Of a stretch of 64,000 nt of DNA, positions 56,556 through 64,000 are shown piece by piece. Below the pieces are notes generated by a model that saw nothing but the letters and a program-made list of their open reading frames with translations, did no database searches and had not been told where the DNA came from. Position numbers and translations under genes: made by a program. The number at the start of each line of letters is the position of its first letter. Position 1 is the first letter of the stretch. Source of the stretch: Flavobacteriales bacterium (GTDB lineage Bacteria; Bacteroidota; Bacteroidia; Flavobacteriales_F; PHOS-HE28); assembly GCA_044226515.1 (NCBI GenBank), contig JBGAGX010000016.1, forward strand, positions 9,658 through 73,657, given 5' to 3'.

Positions 56556-57467
56556 TCAGGCCAGGATCGAGGCGCGCATCCGGATCACCTGCTCGCCGAT
56601 GGCCCTGATCTGGTCCGGCGTGATGGTGATGGTGGACGTGCTGTTGATGTGCGTGGTCTTGGTCTTCGCGTCGGTAACGGGCTTCTCGAAGACATAGGAG
56701 GAGGTTACGCCGGCATAGGCGGCCTGCAGCTTCTTGAGCTCGGCGAGCACGGCATCGCAGGAGCCCTCCTTGTTCACGCCCTCCACCAGCTGGACCAGGT
56801 CGTCCAAGGTGCGCTTCTGCTCGCCCACACGCTGCGCGATGACCTGATCGCCTTTGCTGGACGTGGCGTTGACCGTGAGGTAGAGCGATTCGATCCAGCC
56901 ACCGGCGAGCACCAGGGCTGAGGTCTCGTCACGACCGTTCACCTTGAGGTACTCATCCGCCGCGCGGAAGGCCGTGCCGGTGAGCATCAGCAGGCTGTCC
57001 TCCGAGGAGACGTTGCGCTTGAACCGGTCCAGGAGCGCCTTGTCGAAGGCGTTGGACAGGTCCAGACCCGTGCTGAGCTTCTCCATGGTGGCCAGGGTGC
57101 TCAACGACCGGTTCCCGTCGCGTTGGATGGTGACGTAGGCCAGGTCGGCGCCATACATGCCCAAGGCCAGGGCGCTCGCTGCGCGGCCGGTAAGGGTCTC
57201 CGCCTTCTCCACGGGCAGCGGCAGCTCCTTCTGGTAGCCGATGCCGAGCTGCCTGAAGAGCAGGGCCGTCTGCACCGGCGAGGGGAAGCTGAACAGCTTT
57301 CCACCTACCTGGAGCAGGTTCGTTCCATGCTGGGCGACCGCCGTATCGAGGGTATCACCCCCTTTCGTGCCACCGTCGCCGGATGCGGCACCGCCACCGC
57401 CGCAGGCCAGCAGCGAAAGGCCGAGGGCGCCCGCAGCGGCCCATTTCAAGGTCTCCTGTACGCACAT
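56556..57467 (-). CDS. Hypothetical alpha-helical lipoprotein
   Basis: Lipobox LLAC; PSP, ALALGMYGADLAY, LAGGWIESLY, GEQK..L. Confidence 0.8.
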   Translation of the reverse strand: MCVQETLKWAAAGALGLSLLACGGGGAASGDGGTKGGDTLDTAVAQHGTNLLQVGGKLFSFPSPVQTALLFRQLGIGYQKELPLPVEKAETLTGRAASALALGMYGADLAYVTIQRDGNRSLSTLATMEKLSTGLDLSNAFDKALLDRFKRNVSSEDSLLMLTGTAFRAADEYLKVNGRDETSALVLAGGWIESLYLTVNATSSKGDQVIAQRVGEQKRTLDDLVQLVEGVNKEGSCDAVLAELKKLQAAYAGVTSSYVFEKPVTDAKTKTTHINSTSTITITPDQIRAIGEQVIRMRASILA

Positions 57468-57573
57468 GATCGCGCGGTTCGTTTCGGAAGTTCGGAACGA
57501 AAGTAGCCGCATGCCAGCGCGCACCCGGGGCGGCCGACCTCCACTTTTCAACAGGTCAGGCCTTACGGAAGTC

Positions 57574-57717
57574 CTACCAGTTCAGGGCCTTCTTGTAATA
57601 ACGGGGGAACCGCACGTGCCGCCGCACCTCGCGCAGGTACTTGTCGATGAGGGGTGTGGAGAGGTCGTAAGCCGTGCGGGACTCCTCTCGCGTTCGCTTG
57701 TCCGTCTTGCGCTCCAT
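57574..57717 (-). CDS. Small ORF (47 aa) below the ORF-track cutoff
   Basis: ATG 57717 to TAG 57574: MERKTDKRTREESRTAYDLSTPLIDKYLREVRRHVRFPRYYKKALNW; mostly G/C third positions; fills a ~340-bp gap. Confidence 0.55.
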   Translation of the reverse strand: MERKTDKRTREESRTAYDLSTPLIDKYLREVRRHVRFPRYYKKALNW

Positions 57718-57810
57718 GGTCTCCGGTGGATGTTCACGGAGAAGACAAGCGCTACGGGGCCGAACGTTGCTTGCCCTTCCGATGGGAATGGCATTCGTAT
57801 ACGGGTCCGA

Positions 57811-60189
57811 CTAGCGGATCAGGGTCACGTGGCCCATCCTGTCGTAGGCCTCCCCGATCAACGCCTTCACGCGCAGCTGCCACACGTACACGCCGGGCAT
57901 GGCCGGCTGGCCATGGAAGGTCCCGTCCCAGGCCTTGCCGAGGTCCTCGGTCTCGAAGAGCAGCTCGCCCCAGCGGTCGTAAACACGCAGGGTGAACTCC
58001 CGGATGCCGGTGCCCTCGGCGCGGAAGAGCTCGTTGACCCCGTCGCCATCGGGACTGAACGCGTTGGGCACGTACAGGTTGAACTCCTGCTGCACGGTGA
58101 TGGTGCGGTAGGTGGTGTCGCGGCAGCCCAGGGTGTCCTCGATCGCAAGGCGCACCAAGTAGTCGCCCGGCTCCGGATAGGTGAAGTAGGGGTTCTGATC
58201 GGTGCTCGTGAGCCCCGGCGCGCCGAAGTCCCAGCTCCAGCTGTTCGCCCCGAACGAGTTGTCGATGAAGGGGATCGGGAAGTTGTTCACCTGATGGCTG
58301 CCACCCCACCAGAAATCGGCGAGCGGTGCGTTCACGCCCACCCCCACCGAGTCCTCATCAGCGATGCCACAGCCGTCCATCACGATCACGGAATAGCGTG
58401 TGTTGTAGGTGGGCCAGACCGCCAGGGTATCGGTGGTGCCACCGGTGTTCCAGAGGTAGCTGTAGGCGCCCCAGCCATCGGTGGCCAGGGCGTGCAGGGT
58501 GAGCGTGTCGTTGATGCAGATGGTCGTGTCGGGCGCGATGGTGACCCGCACGGTATCGTAATCCACCGTCACGGTCACCACGTCGAAGGTGTCCGTCCCA
58601 CAACGGTCGGTCACGGTGACGCTGTAGCTCTGCGTGACCGGTGGGGCCACGTTGGCGAAGGCGTTGAAGCCGAGCCCGTTGCTCCAGCTGTACTGGTACG
58701 GCAGTTCACCGCCCTGCGCCAAGGCCTGCAGCTGCACCGGGGTCTCCGGACAGAACACGGTGATGTCCGGGATCGCCTGCACGACAAGTGGCGCGGGGAT
58801 GATCCGGGTGATCGTCACGTCCTGCGATTGGGTGATCACACCGCAATCGTCCGTCACCGTCAGCACGTAGGTGGTGGTCGCGGGCGGGTCCACCCAGCCC
58901 GCGTAGGACCCATCGGGCACCCCGCCGGACCAATCGAGCACGTAGTTGCCGAAGCCCCCGGTGACGGTGGCCTGAACGTAGGCGCTATCGGCGCAGGTGA
59001 GCGTGGTGTCGTTGCTCAGCGCGAGCTGGATCAAGGGGGCCTCTTCCAACAGGATCTCGGTGAAGGCGGTGTCCGTTCCGCAAGGACCCTCGTTGATCAC
59101 CATCAGGTCGATGGTCTCCTGGCCTTCCTGGATATTGTCAAGGATCGCATCGATGGCGATCAGCGCACTGTCCTGTCCTGCCGCGAAGACCACCTGGGAT
59201 GGCGGTGGTGTGTAATCGGCACCTGGGGTGGCGGTGCCACCCGTAAGCACAGTGATGGTGTCCTGATCCAACGGAGCACCGCGCACCAGGTAGAGCAGCG
59301 CCTGCCCGCAACCCTCGTAGAACACACTGTCGATGCCTCCTGCGATCACCTCGCTCACCACCGCCACCTGGTTGCTCTGGAAGCTGCCGGCCTTCAGGAA
59401 CACGGCACTGTCCCACACGGTGTCGCTCGCATCCCCCACCGCGATCTTGATGTGGTAGGTGAGCCCGCAGGTCACCTGTGCCCGGGCCGTGATGACGGTG
59501 GTGAATCCGTCGTACTGCACGTACTGCGGGTTGCTGTTGTACGGGAAGTTCATCCCGGTGCCGTTCACCACGTAATAGGCCGGGTTCACCACATCGTTCA
59601 CCGTGTTGATGGTGACCGGCTGCGTGGTCCCCGGGATCAGCGCGATGTTGACGGCGCCGTTGGTGAAAGGGCCGGAAATGCCCGGACCGCTCAGGAAGAA
59701 CCCGAAGATGTCGTTGATGCTGTTGACGAACTCGAGGTACTCGTCCGAGCCGAAGACGAAATCGAATTTGAGCGAATCGCCGGTGGGGATGAAGTCGAAC
59801 TCGAGCACGGCCGCATCGTTCACCGCCTGCGGATTGGCGAGCACCTCCAGATCGGGATCGGTCTGCCCCCAATTGCCACCGCCCAGGCTGCTGCTGCCGC
59901 TGTTGTTCGGGCCGATGGCGTTCATGACGTTGCCGGTGGCGAGGATCAGCCCCGAACCGATGCCCAGGGTGGTGTTCACGCCGTTGAACGCCCCCACCTG
60001 CTCGTTCACCAGGTTGGCGGGCACGCCATTGAAGGTGATGTTGCTGACGGTGACGCCCGGACCGAGCAGCACGCTCTGCACGAGGCTGGCCGGCGATTGC
60101 GTGTTGGTCACCACAAGCTGCGCCTGACCGGTCAAGGCCATCACCAAGGCCCCGGAGAGGACCAGGATCCGCGAACAGACGGAGGGCAT
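57811..60189 (-). CDS. Choice-of-anchor L / PKD surface protein with T9SS type B (CHU_C) CTD
   Basis: LVQSVLLGPGV.VSNI, LEFDFIP, FVFGSDEY, FGFFLSGP, YDGFT, DSAVF; PKD WSWDFG; VPNAFSPDGDGVN...YDRWG...WDG. Confidence 0.88.
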   Translation of the reverse strand: MPSVCSRILVLSGALVMALTGQAQLVVTNTQSPASLVQSVLLGPGVTVSNITFNGVPANLVNEQVGAFNGVNTTLGIGSGLILATGNVMNAIGPNNSGSSSLGGGNWGQTDPDLEVLANPQAVNDAAVLEFDFIPTGDSLKFDFVFGSDEYLEFVNSINDIFGFFLSGPGISGPFTNGAVNIALIPGTTQPVTINTVNDVVNPAYYVVNGTGMNFPYNSNPQYVQYDGFTTVITARAQVTCGLTYHIKIAVGDASDTVWDSAVFLKAGSFQSNQVAVVSEVIAGGIDSVFYEGCGQALLYLVRGAPLDQDTITVLTGGTATPGADYTPPPSQVVFAAGQDSALIAIDAILDNIQEGQETIDLMVINEGPCGTDTAFTEILLEEAPLIQLALSNDTTLTCADSAYVQATVTGGFGNYVLDWSGGVPDGSYAGWVDPPATTTYVLTVTDDCGVITQSQDVTITRIIPAPLVVQAIPDITVFCPETPVQLQALAQGGELPYQYSWSNGLGFNAFANVAPPVTQSYSVTVTDRCGTDTFDVVTVTVDYDTVRVTIAPDTTICINDTLTLHALATDGWGAYSYLWNTGGTTDTLAVWPTYNTRYSVIVMDGCGIADEDSVGVGVNAPLADFWWGGSHQVNNFPIPFIDNSFGANSWSWDFGAPGLTSTDQNPYFTYPEPGDYLVRLAIEDTLGCRDTTYRTITVQQEFNLYVPNAFSPDGDGVNELFRAEGTGIREFTLRVYDRWGELLFETEDLGKAWDGTFHGQPAMPGVYVWQLRVKALIGEAYDRMGHVTLIR

Positions 60190-60315
60190 GCGGCGAAAAT
60201 AACCGGTACGGAAGAGCACCGCCACAGGGACGCGCCACCAAGGACGAGGGTTGCCCGGGGATCCCAACCGCATGTCCAACCGCCGGACGCGCGGCCGATC
60301 TTCGTGCCCTGCCCC

Positions 60316-62760
60316 GTGGAGCGCTTCGCCGACATCATCCTGCCGCTCGCCGTTCCCGGCGTGTTCACCTATGCGCTCGTGGAGGGCATGGAGGTCGCCC
60401 CCGGGCAGCGGGTGGTGGTCCCGTTCGGGCCGCGTCGCAGCTATTCCGGGCTCGTACAGCGGGTACATACCGAACGGCCGGTCGGTCACCGCGCGCGCTT
60501 CGTGCAGGCCGTGCTCGACCAGGAGCCCGTGGTGAACGCGCACCAGCTGGCGCTCTGGCAGCGCATCCACGAGCATTACCTGTGCACCATGGGCGAGGTG
60601 ATGCTCGCCGCCATGCCCGGATCGCTGGTGCTCACCAGCGAGACCATGCTGATCGAAGGGCCGCGCCTGGCCGCGGCCACCACGACCGACCCGCGCACGG
60701 CGTTGTTGCTCTCGGCGCTCGAACAGCGCCACCGCCTTACCCTCGCCCAGGCCTCGGAGGTGCTGCAGGTGAAGGACCCCATCCCCGCCATCAAGCGGCT
60801 CATCGATGAGGGCGCGTTGCTGGTGGCCGAGGAGATCGGCGAACGGCACAAGCCCCGCATCGTGCAGCTGGTCGAACAAGGGCCTGAGGGGATGCGCGAG
60901 GAACAGCTCCATGCGTGGTTCGACAAGCTGGAGAAAGCGCCCAAGCAGCTGCACCTGCTCATGCGCTTCATCGAGCTCAGCCGCTGCCTGAGCGATGCAC
61001 CGCGCGAGGTGAAACGCGAGGAGCTGCTCGCCAGGAGCGGCGCCACCGCCGCGCACCTCAAGCCCTTGGTGGAGAAAGGCGTGCTGCGCATCACCGAACG
61101 CGCCGCTGACGCGGCCGGCGGACACCCGGGAGGTACCACCGCGCAGCTCAGCCCCGCGCAGGAGCAGGCGCTCCACGAGGTCCGGCAGGCCTTCACCACG
61201 CACGAGCACGTGCTGTTGCGGGGCGTCACCTCGTCCGGCAAGACCGAGCTCTACGCCAAGCTCATCGACGAGACCATCGCGGCCGATGGACAGGTGCTGT
61301 ACCTGTTGCCGGAGATCGCGCTCACCACCCAGGTGATCGGCCGGTTGCGCGCCCGCTTCGGCGACCGCATCTCGGTCTTCCATTCGCGCCTTTCGCCCCG
61401 CGAGCGCACGGACCTGTGGCTGCGCATGCTCAAGGACCCGGCGGCCCATCCGGTGGTGATCGGGGCACGGTCCGCGCTCTTCCTGCCCTTCGCCCGGCTG
61501 CGCCTTGTGGTGGTGGACGAGGAGCACGACCCCAGCTACAAGCAACAAGACCCCGCGCCGCGCTACAACGCCCGCGACATGGCGCTGGTGCTCGCCACCC
61601 TGCACGGGGCGCGGGTGCTGCTGGGCTCGGCCACGCCCAGCCTGGAGAGCCTGTACAACGCGCGCACCGGCAAGTTCGGCTTCGCGCAGCTGCTCACCCG
61701 CTTCGGCAACGCCGCGCTCCCCACCATCGAGCGGGTCGACCTCGCCGATGCCGCGCGGCGCAAGCGGATGCACGGCCATTTCTCCGCGGCCCTGCTGGAT
61801 GCGGTGAAGGCGGCCGTGGCACGCGGCGAACAGGGCATCCTCTTCCAGAACCGGCGCGGCTATGTGCCCGTGTGGCAGTGCAGCGCGTGCGGCTGGGTGC
61901 CCCAGTGCGACCACTGCGACGTGAGCCTCACCTACCACAAGCGCGACCACGACCTGCGCTGCCACTATTGCGGCCGCACCTACGAACCGCCGTCCCGCTG
62001 CGGTTCCTGCGGCGGCGGGCGCCTGCAGATGCTCGGCTTCGGCACCGAGAAGATCGAGGAGGAGCTGGCCGAACTGCTGCCCGAGGCCCGGGTGGCGCGC
62101 ATGGACCAGGACACCACCCGCGGCAAGCAGGCCTTCGAACGCATCCTCGGCCAGTTCGGTGAAGGGCGCATCGATGTGCTCGTGGGCACCCAGATGGTGA
62201 CCAAGGGACTGGACTTCGAGCGGGTCTCCGTGGTGGGCATCCTCAATGCCGACAGCCTGCTCCGCTTCCCCGACTTCAGGGCCCACGAACGCGCCTTCCA
62301 GCTCATGGCCCAGGTGGCGGGACGCAGCGGGCGCAGCCAGGCACCGGGCACCGTGTACATCCAGGCCCGCGACATCCACCACCCCGTGATCGACCTGGTG
62401 AACGCCCACGACAGCGAGGGGATGTACACGCGCGAGATCGAACTGCGCCGCGCGCATAACTACCCCCCGTTCACGCGACTGGTGGAGATCACCCTGAAGC
62501 ACCGCGACGAACAACGGGTGGAGGCCGCCGCCCGGGCGCTGGCGGCAGCGCTCCGTCCCCTGTTCGGGGAGCGTGCACTGGGTCCCGAGCCCCCGCCTGT
62601 GGCGCGCGTGCGCGACAAGCACCTGCGTGTGCTTCTTCTGAAGCTGCAACGCGGAGCTTACCAGCGCGAGAAGGCCATGCTGTCCGACGCCATCGACCGC
62701 GTGTTCGGGACCCCGGAGCACGGCCGCGTGCAACTGGTGGTGGACGTGGACCCGATGTGA
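60316..62760 (+). CDS. priA: Primosomal protein N' (replication restart helicase)
   Basis: GTG start; ILPLAV..FTY, GVTSSGKTE, LLPEIALT, DEEHD.SYKQ, SATP, Cys-rich CxxC motifs, GTQMVTKGLDF, QVAGRSGR, DVDPM. Confidence 0.96.
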   Translation: MERFADIILPLAVPGVFTYALVEGMEVAPGQRVVVPFGPRRSYSGLVQRVHTERPVGHRARFVQAVLDQEPVVNAHQLALWQRIHEHYLCTMGEVMLAAMPGSLVLTSETMLIEGPRLAAATTTDPRTALLLSALEQRHRLTLAQASEVLQVKDPIPAIKRLIDEGALLVAEEIGERHKPRIVQLVEQGPEGMREEQLHAWFDKLEKAPKQLHLLMRFIELSRCLSDAPREVKREELLARSGATAAHLKPLVEKGVLRITERAADAAGGHPGGTTAQLSPAQEQALHEVRQAFTTHEHVLLRGVTSSGKTELYAKLIDETIAADGQVLYLLPEIALTTQVIGRLRARFGDRISVFHSRLSPRERTDLWLRMLKDPAAHPVVIGARSALFLPFARLRLVVVDEEHDPSYKQQDPAPRYNARDMALVLATLHGARVLLGSATPSLESLYNARTGKFGFAQLLTRFGNAALPTIERVDLADAARRKRMHGHFSAALLDAVKAAVARGEQGILFQNRRGYVPVWQCSACGWVPQCDHCDVSLTYHKRDHDLRCHYCGRTYEPPSRCGSCGGGRLQMLGFGTEKIEEELAELLPEARVARMDQDTTRGKQAFERILGQFGEGRIDVLVGTQMVTKGLDFERVSVVGILNADSLLRFPDFRAHERAFQLMAQVAGRSGRSQAPGTVYIQARDIHHPVIDLVNAHDSEGMYTREIELRRAHNYPPFTRLVEITLKHRDEQRVEAAARALAAALRPLFGERALGPEPPPVARVRDKHLRVLLLKLQRGAYQREKAMLSDAIDRVFGTPEHGRVQLVVDVDPM

Positions 62761-62767
62761 GGCGCGC

Positions 62768-63406
62768 TCAACCCTGCCCCATCAGCCGCGGCCAAAGACC
62801 GGTGGTCGGCATGGGCGCCTCGATCACCAATGCCTCCCCGCTCACCGGGTGCGGCAGCTCCGCCCGTAAGGCGAACAAGGCGATGCTCCGGTCGGGCTCT
62901 CCCCTGCGTGCTCCGTACTTCACATCGCCCTTGATCGGATGGCCGGCGGCGGCGAGCTGCGCGCGGATCTGGTGGAAGCGTCCTCCTTCCGGCCTTACCT
63001 CCAGCAGGCTGTAGCGATCGCCTCGGCCCAGCACCCGCGCACGCAAGCGAACGACCGATCCACCCGGTGCGTCCGCCGCGACGAGCCGCGCCTTGTGGGC
63101 CCGGGCATCATGCACATGCGCATGAACAAGGTCCAGGTCGCCCTCCACCCGTCCCTCCACGATGGCGAGGTAGGTCTTGCGCACCAGCCCTTCGGCGAAG
63201 GCGCGGTTCAGCGCGGCCAGCGCGGTGGCGGTGCTGGCCAGGAGCATCACCCCGGCCACGGGTCGATCCAGCCGATGAACGGCCGTGAGCCCGGGAATGC
63301 CGGTGAGCCGGGCCACGTCGGGGTCGCCGGTGCGATCGGGCTGGGCGGGGACCCCGGCGGGCTTGTTCACGGCCACCAGTGCCGCATCGTGGAATAGCAG
63401 TTCCAC
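62768..63406 (-). CDS. RluA-family RNA pseudouridine synthase
   Basis: VNKPAG, VHRLDRP, GRFHQIR, PIKGDVKYG. Confidence 0.9.
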   Translation of the reverse strand: MELLFHDAALVAVNKPAGVPAQPDRTGDPDVARLTGIPGLTAVHRLDRPVAGVMLLASTATALAALNRAFAEGLVRKTYLAIVEGRVEGDLDLVHAHVHDARAHKARLVAADAPGGSVVRLRARVLGRGDRYSLLEVRPEGGRFHQIRAQLAAAGHPIKGDVKYGARRGEPDRSIALFALRAELPHPVSGEALVIEAPMPTTGLWPRLMGQG

Positions 63407-63409
63407 CGC

Positions 63410-64000
63410 TCAGTACTGCTCCTCGCTGTTCGGGAAATCGCGGTCGCGCACATCCTTGATGTACCGCTCCACCGCACCGGTGATCACCTCGTGCAGTTCG
63501 GCGTACCGGCGCAGGAACCGCGGCTTGAAGGTGTGGTTGATGCCCAGCATGTCGTGCAGCACGAGCACCTGGCCGTCGACGCCGCCACCGGCGCCGATGC
63601 CGATCACCGGGATGGTCACGCTCGCGGCCACCTCGGTGGCCAGACTGGCCGGGATCTTCTCCAACACGATGGCGAAGCAGCCCGCCTCCTCCAGTCGCTT
63701 GGCGTCGCGCTTCAGGCGCTCGGCCTCCTCCTCTTCGCGCGCCCGTACCACGTAGGTGCCGAACTTGTAGATGCTCTGGGGCGTGAGACCCAGGTGACCC
63801 ATCACCGGGATGCCGGCGGTTAGGATCCGACCGATGGAGTCGATCACTTCGCTCCCCCCCTCCAGCTTCACCGCATGCGCTCCGCTCTCCTTCATGATGC
63901 GGATGGCGCTGTTCAGCGCGCCCTTGCTGTTGCCCTGGTAGGTGCCGAACGGGAGGTCCACGACGATGAGCGCCCGCTTGCAGCCACGCACCACGCTGCT
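63410..64000 (-). CDS. panB: 3-methyl-2-oxobutanoate hydroxymethyltransferase, 5'-truncated
   Basis: [44 protein letters not shown]. Confidence 0.96.
   Translation of the reverse strand, partial: SSVVRGCKRALIVVDLPFGTYQGNSKGALNSAIRIMKESGAHAVKLEGGSEVIDSIGRILTAGIPVMGHLGLTPQSIYKFGTYVVRAREEEEAERLKRDAKRLEEAGCFAIVLEKIPASLATEVAASVTIPVIGIGAGGGVDGQVLVLHDMLGINHTFKPRFLRRYAELHEVITGAVERYIKDVRDRDFPNSEEQY

Noticed and set aside
53149-56697. Long antisense ORFs (e.g. 53149..56697 +, 29106..32006 +, 13769..16156 +, 46514..48979 +)
   Set aside because: Shadow frames of motif-supported genes on the opposite strand, with no recognisable domains
57241-62733. Giant ORFs 57241..62760 (+, 1839 aa) and 57811..62733 (-, 1640 aa)
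   Set aside because: Each is a real gene (priA from 60316; surface protein from 60189) extended by the stop-free antisense frame of the divergent neighbour, a high-GC artefact

Overview
High-GC chromosomal segment from a Bacteroidota member, probably a Flavobacteriales-type organism. This rests on T9SS C-terminal sorting domains, TAnnTT(T/C)G-type '-7' promoter elements and the lack of obvious Shine-Dalgarno motifs. About 60 CDS are supported. I saw no rRNA, tRNA, CRISPR array, IS or prophage. Main blocks: (1) pruA (partial), a TIGR03790-like secreted protein, ftsB-like, a porin and slyD; (2) a low-oxygen/N2O block with an rrf2 + crp/fnr regulator pair, queD, class II RNR nrdJ, a fasciclin lipoprotein, a clade II nos operon (cyt c-nosZ-nosB-like-nosL-nosD-nosF-nosY) and a divergent His-motif membrane protein, linked by repeated TGTGA/ATGA-N6-TCA boxes and a duplicated 34-bp composite element; (3) a CotH kinase, a single-chain fusion of methylmalonyl-CoA mutase small and large subunits joined by a heptamer-repeat linker, and a small accessory cluster (WGR-like hypothetical, DUF523, His/Cys microprotein, Smr); (4) a putative inorganic-carbon module of dabAB, an OmpR-type two-component system, sulP and a porin, with matching dabA and sulP promoter architecture; (5) a coupled membrane/wHTH/DUF4173/B12-radical-SAM/EEP operon with a palindromic operator; (6) ZIP transporter, methyltransferase, orphan siaB-siaC, a lipoprotein/secreted protein/ABCG-like operon, a 47-aa small ORF missed by the ORF track, a T9SS type-B surface protein, priA, an RluA-family synthase and panB (partial). 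All family assignments come from motif recognition by eye, not from database searches.
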